The notes below the pieces were generated by a model, which saw only the letters and a program-made list of their open reading frames with translations, was not told where the DNA came from and made no database searches. Both the position numbers and the translations under genes were made by a program. 64,000 nt of DNA. Source: Patescibacteria group bacterium (lineage in GTDB: Bacteria > Patescibacteriota > Patescibacteriia > CAIXNZ01). The stretch covers positions 21,467-85,466 of the forward strand of contig JBAZJU010000002.1 of NCBI GenBank assembly GCA_041651155.1. Direction: 5' to 3'. Position 1 is the first letter of the stretch, and every line of letters starts with the position of its first letter. Below, in pieces: positions 28,888-39,685 of the stretch.

Positions 28888-29826
28888 TTATGATATAACT
28901 AAATTTTTTTGCTTTGATGCAGTCACTGATTGAGAGAGAGGTTCAAGCTCTGGCACGCCATTCATGGCAAGCTCATGGAAAAGGCCATCCACGTCCTGTT
29001 TGGCCTTGAGCATAATGTCCAAGTCTTCAAGGACTTCGCTGATCTCTTTCTGGCCTTGATCAGTTGATTCTGCACTCATTATTAGGTCAAAACGAACACT
29101 CATATGGTCAAGTGAAGATAGAATATAAGCTATTCGCTTTTTAACATTTTCCTGACGTTGCAGCAGAATTTCCAGCCCTTTTTCAGATTCAGCCATTAGA
29201 GCTTCTTCGCCGTCGCAAATCCCATTATCTTTTTGTCGATTAATGGTTTTTTGTGCGTCAATGACCTCAACGCCAAGCTCAATGTTTAAATTTAGCAGTC
29301 TTGGCAGTTCTGCCTTGACCAGCTTGTCAATCTTTTTCAAGATTGGCTGAAGCTGCTTCTGTCGCTTTTTGTCTTTAATGATAGCTTTGAGCGCTTTTTG
29401 GTATTTCTGCGCTTCAGCCAGTTCTGCCGGTACACGCGACTGCCACCAATTTTTTGCCTTTTGCCAAATCCTACTAAAAGTTCCTCTTGGATAAAGCCAA
29501 TATCCCATTGCCACCGAAAAATACAGCCCCATACCTCCGATACAAAAAGGCCATAAGGCAAAATATCTAAGATTGCCTTGTAACAATATACCAAATGGAG
29601 CAATCCATGAGGCAAGCGCAAGAGGAATGCCGAAAAGCGCCCACAAAGCAGCCTCCTTGTCATATCTTATCGCCCATCCTTTAAAAAGGAAATGGTAAGG
29701 ATGTTTCTTTGCCCAGGCTATTAATTCTGAATCATCACATTCATCACCCCTTGTTGCTACGATAAGACTTCGTATTGCGGCAATCCCAAAGTAACCACAC
29801 AAAATTAAGGTAAAAGCCAATAACAT
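28888..29826 (-). CDS. hypothetical polytopic membrane protein
   Basis: ORF; start at MLLAFT with SD aaaggagggaaaaATG. Confidence 0.45.
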   Translation of the reverse strand: MLLAFTLILCGYFGIAAIRSLIVATRGDECDDSELIAWAKKHPYHFLFKGWAIRYDKEAALWALFGIPLALASWIAPFGILLQGNLRYFALWPFCIGGMGLYFSVAMGYWLYPRGTFSRIWQKAKNWWQSRVPAELAEAQKYQKALKAIIKDKKRQKQLQPILKKIDKLVKAELPRLLNLNIELGVEVIDAQKTINRQKDNGICDGEEALMAESEKGLEILLQRQENVKKRIAYILSSLDHMSVRFDLIMSAESTDQGQKEISEVLEDLDIMLKAKQDVDGLFHELAMNGVPELEPLSQSVTASKQKNLVIS

Positions 29827-29977
29827 TTTTCCCTCCTTTGGCACTTTGTGCCTCGGCACCATATGCCATTATTTTTAGGGTTTTATTCTTGAATTTGCAA
29901 AGTGCAAATTGTTTTCAAAGTATTAAATAGATTATCATAAAATTTTAATTATGTCAAGCCAAAATCGGCGATAGCAC

Positions 29978-30010
29978 ACAAAAAAAATCCCCGCGAAAAC
30001 GGAGATTTTT
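29978..30010. terminator. terminator downstream of recA
   Basis: aaaaaaaatccccgcgaaaacggagattttttt. Confidence 0.6.
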
Positions 30011-30126
30011 TTATATTATTTTTCCTATCCCTAATACTTATTTCTCGTCTCGGCTAAGTTTTCCTTCCGTGTTAATTTATCTAAAAGTTACAGAGCCGAA
30101 GCCGGACATATTTCTTATTTCCAATC

Positions 30127-31170
30127 TTATTCTTCCAAAGCTTCACCTTCTTCCACCTTATCCCAAATCTCTTTTTTTATAGCTTTTAAAATTTTGGGGT
30201 TATCTTTTAAAAATTCCTTAGCATTTTCCCGACCTACGCCTAATTTGATATCGCCGTCTTTTTTGTCTTCATAAACATAAGAATTGCCGGATTTTTTAAC
30301 TACACCCTTTTCCACGCCAAGATCCAAGGTATCACCACTGACTGAAATACCTTCGTTGTACATAATATCAAATTCGCAAGAACGAAACGGAGCCGCCACT
30401 TTATTTTTCACAATTTTGGCTTTAACCCGGTTGCCAATAAATTTATCACCCTGCTTAATCTGAGCGGCGCGGCGCACTTCAATTCTAATGGAAGCATAAA
30501 ATTTTAAGGCCATACCGCCTGTTGTTGTTTCTGGATTGCCAAAAAAGACGCCAATTTTTTGACGAGTCTGGTTTATAAAAATTAAAATTGTTCTAGATTT
30601 AGAAATTATACCAGCTAACTTTCTCAAAGCTTGGCTCATCAAACGCGCCTGCAAAGCCATGTGATGGTCTCCCATTTCACCTTCAATTTCTGCTTTTGGT
30701 GTTAACGCTGCCACAGAATCAACCACAATCACATCAACAGCATTAGAACGCACCAATGTTTCCACAATATCAAGAGCCTGTTCCCCAGTATCTGGCTGGG
30801 AAATTAAAAGACTATCAACATTAACCCCGATTTTTCGCGCATAATCAGGATCTAAGGCATGCTCAGCATCAACAAAAGCCGCGATTCCTCCGGCTTTTTG
30901 CACTTCGGATACAATGTGCTGAGCCAATGTTGTTTTGCCCGAAGCTTCTGGCCCGAAAATCTCAATTATCCTGCCGCGCGGCACTCCGCCAACGCCCAGG
31001 GCAATATCTAAAGACAAACAGCCGGTTGTAATTGCCTCTACTTGCATTGTTTTGGCTTCGCCAAATTTCATGATCGCACCTTCGCCAAACCTTTCTTTTA
31101 TCTGAGCGATGGCAATGTCTGCTGCTTTTTGTTTTTCTTGACTTTCCCCCTGGTCTTGTTGTTTTACCAT
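30127..31170 (-). CDS. recA: recombinase RecA
   Basis: GPEASGKTT Walker A and full RecA core similarity. Confidence 0.95.
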   Translation of the reverse strand: MVKQQDQGESQEKQKAADIAIAQIKERFGEGAIMKFGEAKTMQVEAITTGCLSLDIALGVGGVPRGRIIEIFGPEASGKTTLAQHIVSEVQKAGGIAAFVDAEHALDPDYARKIGVNVDSLLISQPDTGEQALDIVETLVRSNAVDVIVVDSVAALTPKAEIEGEMGDHHMALQARLMSQALRKLAGIISKSRTILIFINQTRQKIGVFFGNPETTTGGMALKFYASIRIEVRRAAQIKQGDKFIGNRVKAKIVKNKVAAPFRSCEFDIMYNEGISVSGDTLDLGVEKGVVKKSGNSYVYEDKKDGDIKLGVGRENAKEFLKDNPKILKAIKKEIWDKVEEGEALEE

Positions 31171-31180
31171 AAAATTTTGT

Positions 31181-31285
31181 AATAAGTAATAAGTAACATG
31201 TAATATGTAATACGGAAAGGAATATTAATTATAAATAAATAAAAATACCAATCCTTATTACCTATTACATATTTCCTATTCCCAA
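31181..31285. repeat. palindromic AT-rich element, copy in the recA 5' region
   Basis: aagtaataagtaacatgtaatatgtaatacggaaaggaata...ccaatccttattacctattacatatttcc. The right arm matches the reverse complement of 43170-43204 over a 33-nt exact run. Confidence 0.75.
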
Positions 31286-31915
31286 TCACTGCACCAGTAT
31301 CTGCCTATAAACCGTATTAGCTTTGCCCTGCTTTTTCACTGCACTTATTTTAATAACATTTAGTCCTTTTTGCAAATCCAAGGTTGCTTTAAAGCCTCCC
31401 TGGGAATCTAAAAATACTTCTTTTTCATTAATATAAACCCGCGCTTCTTTTTCTGTTTTACCTGTAACTTCAATAAATTTCTGTGAAGTAATTAAATTTT
31501 TTGTCGGCTGAAAAATTTCCAATTGCGGCGGTTGGTAAATTTGTTTTACCTGCAAGGCTAAATAACCGACTAGAGCTAAAATAATTAAGACAATTACAAT
31601 ATTTCTAGCTCTCTGGGGTGTTAAATAAATCTTCATTTTTTCAATTTTTTGCTGTTCAATTTTTTGGCCTGAAAAAATTTTTCTGCCTGCCTCGTACAAA
31701 TTTAATAATTTGTTAAAATCCAAGGCTAAATATTTGGCATAAGTTTTGATAATATTTCTCGTATACAAATCATCCGGCAAATTTTTATAATTATCTTCTT
31801 CAATCGCTAAAATCATGCGCCTGCTTATTTTTGTTGCCTTCTCTATCTGTTCAATTTTAATATTTTCAGCTTCTCTATATCTTTTAAAAACCCGACCCAA
31901 TGTTTCCTCTTTCAT
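31286..31915 (-). CDS. RodZ-like protein (HTH + TM + C-terminal domain)
   Basis: N-terminal XRE-type HTH, single TM (IVIVLIILALVGYLAL), C-terminal beta-rich domain. Confidence 0.55.
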   Translation of the reverse strand: MKEETLGRVFKRYREAENIKIEQIEKATKISRRMILAIEEDNYKNLPDDLYTRNIIKTYAKYLALDFNKLLNLYEAGRKIFSGQKIEQQKIEKMKIYLTPQRARNIVIVLIILALVGYLALQVKQIYQPPQLEIFQPTKNLITSQKFIEVTGKTEKEARVYINEKEVFLDSQGGFKATLDLQKGLNVIKISAVKKQGKANTVYRQILVQ

Positions 31916-31967
31916 AAATTTTAATTTCCTTTTTCTGATGCCTAATAGCTAATGGCCAATGGCTTAA

Positions 31968-34280
31968 TTAAAATTCATTATTTTTATCAATTTCTTCTGC
32001 TGCTTCTTCATCATCAACTTCGTCTTTATCTTCTTCAAGAATATCTTCCTTTTTTACTACTTCTTCGTCTTCTTCGGCTTCATCAGAATCAAAAGATGGT
32101 TCATCAACTTCTTTTTCAGTCACTAAAATTTCTCTTGGTTTTGCGCCTTCGCCTGGGCCGACAATTCCAGCTTCTTCCAATAAATCCATTAAACGCGCGG
32201 CTCGCGCATAACCGACTTTTAAGCGTCTTTGCAAGTATGAAGTTGAAGCCTTGCCAGCCTGCAAAATTATTTCTTTAGCTTCATCAAATAGTTCATCACC
32301 CTGGTCTGGATCTGAAAAATCAATTTCACCATCGCCATTAAGCTTGCTTTGTTTTTCAATTACCGCAGTATCATAATCAGGCTTTTCTCCGCTTTGTTTT
32401 AAATGTTCCACAACTCGAGTGACTTCAGCCTCAGAAACAAAAGCGCCTTGCAAACGTTTTGGCTTGGAAAGTTCAGCGCAAGTATAAAGCATATCGCCTC
32501 GTCCAATTAATTTTTCAGCGCCGGAATAATCCAAGATTGTGCGGGAGTCTGTAATAGAAGCTACGGCAAAAGCAATACGCGCCGGCACATTGGCTTTGAT
32601 TAAACCAGTAATAACTTCAACAGACGGCCTTTGGGTCGCTAAAATTAAATGAATGCCAACAGCGCGCGCCATCTGCGCTAATCTAATAATTAAGCCCTCA
32701 ACTTCATGGCCCATGCTGGACATTAAATCAGCCATTTCATCAACTACAAAAATAATATAGGGCAATTTTTCTTGTGAAATTTTATTAAAATCATCAATAT
32801 TGCGCTTACCCATCTTTTCTAAAAGCATGTAACGCTTATCCATTTCAGCGATTGTCCATTTCAAGGCATTAACTGTTTTTTTAACATCAGTAATCACGGG
32901 CGTTAAAAGATGGGGAATATTATTGTACGCAGGCATTTCCACGCGCTTAGGATCAACCATGATTAGTTTTAAAGTATCTGGCCCATTTTGATAAAGCAAA
33001 CTGACAATGACAGAATGCAAAGCCACTGATTTGCCTGAACCTGTTTGGCCAGCCACTAATAAATGGGGCATTTTGCCTAAATCCGCCACCCAGGTTTTGC
33101 CTGAGACATCACGGCCAATAGCCAAGGTTAAATTAGTCTTGCGCTGTTTAAATTCCTGGCTTTCTAAAAGCTCGCGCAAACGCACAATCGCCACTGACTG
33201 ATTTGGCACTTCAATCCCAACCAAAGATTTACCAGGGATAGGCGCTTCAATACGTAGAGGATGGGCAGCTAAAGACAAAGCTAGATCATCATTTAAGGCT
33301 GTTATTCGGGAAAGTTTAATACCCTCTGATGGCTTTAAGGTATATTGAGTTACTGTCGGTCCGACTGCAACTTCACCCATTTCAACGGGAATGCCAAAAC
33401 TTTCTAAAGTTTTTTGGATTATTAATTTATTTTGAGCAATATTGCCTGAAGTTGGCTTGCCGACCTTGCCATCCAATAAATCTAAGGGCATATCAATTTT
33501 ATGAAAAACCTTTCTTGTTTTTGGTTCATCCAGCTTATATTCCTCCTGTTCATTTTTCCCATTTTCTTTAGATTCAATTTTTTTACTGGCAAAAGTTATT
33601 TCCTTGTCTTCATGTTCTGAAGCTTCAGCTTGAGAAAGTTCTGCTTGAGGCGTAATATCTTCCTCATAAACATCTTCGTCATTTTTTGCTGATCTAAGTT
33701 TCAGATTATAATACCAGATCTGCAGTTTAACAATTATCCTGCCCAAAATTGAGCGTGATTCTTTTAAATCTTCAATTGAAGTATTCAAAATTAATAAAAT
33801 TGAAATTATAAAAATTGCCAGAATCGCAATTAAGCTGGCCCAAAATCCCATAATATTTAAAGCAAAATAACTTAAGAATAAGCCGATATAACCGCCGCCG
33901 CGACCCTGATCAACTGCTAAAATTGCTTCGCTAACCGGAACAAATAAATGTAAGAGGCCGGTAAAACTTAAAATAAATAAAAATAAGCCGAAATAATTTA
34001 TTGGTTTAATCTTATAATTTTTATTTAACAAAGCATACGCCCAAATAATCAAAACGATCGGAAAAATATATTTTCCCCAGCCTAAAAATAAGGATAAAGC
34101 TGAATCAATAAATACTCCGGCCCGGCCAGCTAAATTAAATAAGCCGAGCAGGCTGATAAAGGCCAGGGCAAACATAAAAATAATCACCACCCATCTTTTG
34201 GTTTCAGGATGGATTTCAGTCTTTAAAACCCCTTTTTTAAACCTTCTAAATTCACTGTCTTTTGTTTTGTTTTTAGCCAT
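31968..34280 (-). CDS. ftsK: DNA translocase FtsK/SpoIIIE with acidic C-terminal tail
   Basis: N-terminal TM helices; VAGQTGSGKSV Walker A; gamma-domain SYLQRRLKVGYARAARLMDLLE; roughly 50 extra acidic residues at the C-terminus. Confidence 0.9.
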   Translation of the reverse strand: MAKNKTKDSEFRRFKKGVLKTEIHPETKRWVVIIFMFALAFISLLGLFNLAGRAGVFIDSALSLFLGWGKYIFPIVLIIWAYALLNKNYKIKPINYFGLFLFILSFTGLLHLFVPVSEAILAVDQGRGGGYIGLFLSYFALNIMGFWASLIAILAIFIISILLILNTSIEDLKESRSILGRIIVKLQIWYYNLKLRSAKNDEDVYEEDITPQAELSQAEASEHEDKEITFASKKIESKENGKNEQEEYKLDEPKTRKVFHKIDMPLDLLDGKVGKPTSGNIAQNKLIIQKTLESFGIPVEMGEVAVGPTVTQYTLKPSEGIKLSRITALNDDLALSLAAHPLRIEAPIPGKSLVGIEVPNQSVAIVRLRELLESQEFKQRKTNLTLAIGRDVSGKTWVADLGKMPHLLVAGQTGSGKSVALHSVIVSLLYQNGPDTLKLIMVDPKRVEMPAYNNIPHLLTPVITDVKKTVNALKWTIAEMDKRYMLLEKMGKRNIDDFNKISQEKLPYIIFVVDEMADLMSSMGHEVEGLIIRLAQMARAVGIHLILATQRPSVEVITGLIKANVPARIAFAVASITDSRTILDYSGAEKLIGRGDMLYTCAELSKPKRLQGAFVSEAEVTRVVEHLKQSGEKPDYDTAVIEKQSKLNGDGEIDFSDPDQGDELFDEAKEIILQAGKASTSYLQRRLKVGYARAARLMDLLEEAGIVGPGEGAKPREILVTEKEVDEPSFDSDEAEEDEEVVKKEDILEEDKDEVDDEEAAEEIDKNNEF

Positions 34281-34439
34281 AATAATTTAAAAATTAAAGC
34301 GCAATTTAGCCCCTTTTGTTAATAGAATTTTAACATAAAAAATAAAGTTTAGCAAAAAAAGAGAGGCGATTTTTCGCCTCTAACTAGTATTGATTTGACA
34401 TCATCCATCAGCAAGATGATAATTGTGATGTTATTTAAC

Positions 34440-34706
34440 TTATTGTCTGCGCCGATTTTGATTTTTTCTAGTTCCTCTGAGTCCTCTCCAGATTCCAATG
34501 CCTAAGCTTCGGAAAGCAGTGCCGATCAACCTAAAAATCAAATCTACTATTCCTTCGGCTGCCTGGCCTAAAAGCCTTGCTAATCGTCGAGTTATTCTGC
34601 CATTCAAAAGGATCAAATCGGTCAGGATAATAGGCATAAGATATACCAGCAGAGTACAGCTCCAGCTGTAAACCAATATAAAGAGATTATGTCCAAACTG
34701 TTCCAT
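34440..34706 (-). CDS. small membrane protein, hypothetical
   Basis: ORF; downstream terminator agaggcgatttttcgcctct at 34363-34382. Confidence 0.35.
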   Translation of the reverse strand: MEQFGHNLFILVYSWSCTLLVYLMPIILTDLILLNGRITRRLARLLGQAAEGIVDLIFRLIGTAFRSLGIGIWRGLRGTRKNQNRRRQ

Positions 34707-34866
34707 CCCTTTCCTCCTTTTGCTAGGGAATAAGAGTTTATAAAAATGAAGACTAAAGGCTTTATGAATATAATATTAATCTATAATTTTGTAAATTTAT
34801 TGTGGCCACTCCAGCCTAAATAAAAAAACGGCATAGGAAATTTAAGGTTGTTTTTAAACCCGCACA

Positions 34867-34940
34867 AAGCGGGTGACCGGAATCGAACCGGCATCTCGAC
34901 CTTGGAAGGGTCGCATACTAACCATTGTACTACACCCGCC
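34867..34940 (-). tRNA. tRNA-Gly(TCC)
   Basis: Minus-strand GGCGGGT..anticodon arm CGACC-CTTCCAA-GGTCG..T-arm GCCGG-TTCGATT-CCGGT. Confidence 0.85.
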
Positions 34941-34983
34941 CAGATAAAAGTTTGTGCATTTAAAGCTTCAACCTTCTTTTATC

Positions 34984-35216
34984 TCAGCTAGAGAAAAAAT
35001 GGTTTAAACGAATCATCCATAAACTTTTATCTGGGCACGCAGTTATTTTATTTTCTTTTCCCGATTTATTTAAATATTCGGAAAGCATTGTCCTCAAAGT
35101 CGTTTTACCCTTGGTTGTCTTAAAATACTTTTCTCGTCTCAAGGCATCTGATTTATTTAAATATGCTTCGTAAAAAATCAAATCTAACGGCCGCCTATAT
35201 TTAGTTGAGGGACATC
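34984..35216 (-). pseudogene. N-terminally truncated GIY-YIG nuclease-family (UPF0213/YhbQ-like) remnant
   Basis: STKYRRPLDLIFYEAYLNKSDALRREKYFKTTKGK parallels the C-terminal half of ORF 36017..36283; in-frame stops remove the GIY half. Confidence 0.5.
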
Positions 35217-35420
35217 ACCATCATGATGTCTTTTTGTTCTTTCCGTGATGTTAGCGGTAAATCCAATATAAAAATTTTTATCTTTTTGAGATAACAAAAT
35301 GTATGTATAGTAAAACATATTCTGGGGTTAAGGCCATGCACCAGGCGGTGCACGACCATAAACCATTTACCTTACAGTAATGACGGACTCAAGACCCGCC
35401 ATAAACCGCATGGTTTATGG

Positions 35421-35494
35421 TCGGGCTGGTGGGACTTGAACCCACGATCTTCTGGTCCCAAACCAGACGCGATAGCCAACTTCGCTACAGCCCG
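35421..35494 (-). tRNA. tRNA-Pro(TGG)
   Basis: CGGGCTG..anticodon arm TCTGG-TTTGGGA-CCAGA..T-arm GTGGG-TTCAAGT-CCCAC..CAGCCCG-A; downstream hairpin ccataaaccgcatggtttatgg. Confidence 0.85.
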
Positions 35495-35639
35495 TAAATT
35501 ATTTTAAGATAGCCTCCGCCAGAGACTGGTCAGCCTTTGGCTGAAACTTCTCTACGGCCCGTTATTATTAATTACTAATCTTCAATAATTAATTTTCAAA
35601 AATTATAAATTGAAAATTGAGCATTGAAAATTCTAATTG

Positions 35640-35894
35640 TGCCTGGGGGCAGAATCGAACTGCCAACCTGCCTGCCGGCAGGCAGGCGCAAGGCTACGAA
35701 CCACTCACTTCGTTCGGGTGCATGGTAAATTTTTCAGCCTGCCCTGCACTAAAAATTTACTATTGCCGAAGGGCAGAATCGAACTGCCAACGCAAGGATT
35801 TTCAGTCCTTCGCTCTACCACTGAGCTACTTCGGCTCATTTGTATAATATTTTTTAGTGCAGGGTCCTTCGCTCTACCACTGAGCTACCCAGGC
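35640..35894 (-). pseudogene. disrupted tRNA-Phe-like gene split by nested insertions (outer gene)
   Basis: 5' half GCCTGGGTAGCTCAGTGGTAGAGCGAAGGAC at 35894-35864 and 3' part CCTTGCG[CCTGCCTGCCGGCAGGCAGG]TTGGCAGTTCGATTCTGCCCCCAGGCA at 35694-35641, interrupted by an intact tRNA-Phe flanked by 15-bp inverted repeats. Confidence 0.55.
35764..35835 (-). tRNA. tRNA-Phe(GAA), intact, nested inside the disrupted copy
   Basis: GCCGAAG-TA-GCTCAGTGGTAGAGC-G-AAGGA-CTGAAAA-TCCTT-GCGTT-GGCAG-TTCGATT-CTGCC-CTTCGGC-A. Confidence 0.85.
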
Positions 35895-36016
35895 CCGATA
35901 AAAGTCTGCGTATTTAATGGATAAACAATTATTTAACCGCTGATCAATTTAAAATGTTGAACCAAATAATACCTAAACTTTTATCGGGCCAGAGGCCTTT
36001 ATATTATATTTAGCCT

Positions 36017-36283
36017 CTACTTTTTTATAATATTTTGCAAAAAATTCTTTAATCTTTTTTTGAGATATCTTTTCCCCTGACCGCTTTTTAAAAACTTCTC
36101 ACGTTTTATTGCATCATATTTATTTACACAACATTCATAATAAATTAAACAAATTGGCAATCTATTTCTAGTTGAAGGTACTTTTCCTGCCAAATGTTCC
36201 TTGTGTCGCTTTTTTAAATCCGAAGTATACCCGGTATAAAAATTTAAATCTTTTTTGCTTAAATAGACATAAACAAAATACAT
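36017..36283 (-). CDS. GIY-YIG nuclease family protein (UPF0213/YhbQ-like, 88 aa)
   Basis: YFVYVYL...FYTGYTSDLKKRHKEH (GIY-YIG half), conserved R/E, and YDAIKREKFLK; no SD; starts 27 nt after tRNA-Ile. Confidence 0.7.
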   Translation of the reverse strand: MYFVYVYLSKKDLNFYTGYTSDLKKRHKEHLAGKVPSTRNRLPICLIYYECCVNKYDAIKREKFLKSGQGKRYLKKRLKNFLQNIIKK

Positions 36284-36310
36284 AATTTTATTTTTATTTT
36301 AATTTTTGTG

Positions 36311-36384
36311 TGGACGTAGATGGACTTGAACCATCGACCTCGTCATTATCAGTGACGCGCTCTAACCAACTGAGCTATACGTCC
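36311..36384 (-). tRNA. tRNA-Ile(GAT)
   Basis: GGACGTA-TA-GCTCAGTTGGTTAGAGC-G-CGTCA-CTGATAA-TGACG-AGGTC-GATGG-TTCAAGT-CCATC-TACGTCC-A, immediately 3' of the 16S. Confidence 0.85.
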
Positions 36385-36688
36385 CGATAAAAGTCTGCGT
36401 ATTTTATCATTATATGCGGACTTTATCTACAATAAACAAACTACATTTTTTCTAAATTTTACATAAACTTTTATCGGGACACGTCCTAAAAAAATTTTTA
36501 GCTTGATAAACCAATTTTATCAAAAAAGACTGGCTCAATCAAGATCTAAAAGTTGATATTAACTAAGCCAGTCTTTTTAAATTGAGCCTTAACGCCTAAA
36601 AAGTGATAGAATCGTCGTCTGCCTCAAGGTTGAGGCTCGACCGATAGAGTAAAGGGCCTTTACGGTCATTTTACTCAAATACTCCCTA

Positions 36689-38190
<1,502 letters not shown>

Positions 38191-38584
38191 ATGTGATATT
38201 AAAGTATATCACGGACTTATTGTAGAAGTTTTAAACTTCAAATGATTTGACGATTCTATCACTTTTTAGTTGTCAAAGCTTCGCCTTGAATTTCTAATTC
38301 TTGATTTTTGTAAATCTCGAGCGAAGTCCCGAGTCCCGCTACGCGGGACGAGGGATCCATTCCTTCTTTTTTTAAAGAAAGAAAAAAACAGGGAAATCCA
38401 TTGTCTTTTTAAATTATCCCGCTCCGCGGGATTTTTAATAGATTGAATTTGCCTGTTTTTTTCTCCTCCCTTCGACTCGCTCCGCTCGCTCAGGGCAAAG
38501 CCCTTGCCAATATTCTTGCGACCAAGGATATCATCGAAAAAATAAATTTTATTAAGAGTAATTGAAAATTTTAAAGGTTATTTT

Positions 38585-38620
38585 TAAGATATTACTAGTT
38601 TAATCTATTTTAAAAAAGTT
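38585..38620 (-). promoter_or_regulatory. candidate 16S promoter
   Basis: Minus-strand TTGACA, then a 17-nt spacer, then TAAACT. Confidence 0.4.
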
Positions 38621-39575
38621 GTCAAGGGGTTGTTATGGTTCAATACCTTTGCACCACCCTGTGGTAAGCTTGGGTATATGCCATACACTATGAATCCAAA
38701 ATTACCGCGTCTGCGCATGCAGACTGCGAAGCTCGTATTAAAACAAGGTTGGAGTACGCGACAAGCTGCCAGATATACAGGATTTGACCACAGCACTATT
38801 GTCCGTTGGGTTAAGAAAGCAAGGTTAAGTAACAAACGGATTATTCCCACTGAAAGTTCACGCCCTAATCATCATCCCTTAGCCATTTCACACAAAATTG
38901 TCAGTGCAATTTTAGGGCATCGGGACAAGTATCATCGGTGTGCTGAAGTTATCCATTATCAATTAAACAAAGACGGTATTGTTGTAAGTTTGTCTTCTGT
39001 TAAAAGAACGCTAAAACGTTATGGCCTAATTTACCCGAGCAAATGGAAAAAGTGGCATGTTTATCCGCCTCGTCCAATAGCTGAAAAACCTGGGGTTTTA
39101 GTTGAAATTGACTCAATGCAGGAAGGTTTGCCTGCAGAACATTTACACCTCTATGCCTTAATTGATACCTGTTCTCGCTGGGGATTTGCCAAGCCGGTAA
39201 AAATAGTTAATTCCTGGCAAAGCGCCAAGTTCTTTCTAGAGGCTAAGGATAAAGCATTATTTACTTTCCGTATGATCCAATCAGACAATGGAAGTGAATT
39301 CGCCAAGTGGTTTAACAAACAACTGTTGGCTTCGGGAATTGAACATCGCCATTCTCGGGTAAGAAGACCGACGGACAACGGGCACGTTGAAAGATTTATT
39401 CGGACCATACAGCAAGAGTGTTTAGCCCGAAATCCTAGAAGTTTTAAAGCTTGGCAAAAAGCTATTCCTGAATTTATTAATTATTACAATACCGAGCGTC
39501 CACACATGGGGATTAACATGAAAACACCCCTTGAAGTGGTGCGAAGCTATTGACCAGAAAACAGGGGTTTTTTGG
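38610..39575 (+). mobile_element. IS481-family insertion sequence (approximate ends)
   Basis: Transposase ORF with HTH and rve DDE core. Imperfect terminal inverted repeats TGTTATGGTTCAATACC (left) and GCTATTGACCAGAAAACA (right), the latter overlapping the stop codon. Confidence 0.7.
38678..39553 (+). CDS. IS481-family DDE transposase
   Basis: N-terminal HTH (STRQAARYTGFDHSTIVRW) and integrase core with D..D..E (VEIDSM...QSDNGSEF...ERFIRT). Confidence 0.8.
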   Translation: MPYTMNPKLPRLRMQTAKLVLKQGWSTRQAARYTGFDHSTIVRWVKKARLSNKRIIPTESSRPNHHPLAISHKIVSAILGHRDKYHRCAEVIHYQLNKDGIVVSLSSVKRTLKRYGLIYPSKWKKWHVYPPRPIAEKPGVLVEIDSMQEGLPAEHLHLYALIDTCSRWGFAKPVKIVNSWQSAKFFLEAKDKALFTFRMIQSDNGSEFAKWFNKQLLASGIEHRHSRVRRPTDNGHVERFIRTIQQECLARNPRSFKAWQKAIPEFINYYNTERPHMGINMKTPLEVVRSY

Positions 39576-39685
39576 GAAAGGGTAAAATGGGCAAAAAGGG
39601 AAAGAGGGGTAAGAAGGGATTATTAAATTTAAACATTTATAATTCAAAATCCACTTGGCCAATGCCTAATGGCTAATGGCTTTTT

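Noticed and set aside
35617-35924. Plus-strand ORFs of 76 and 95 aa
   Set aside because: They overlap the tRNA-Phe nest on the opposite strand and encode GC-palindrome-derived sequence.
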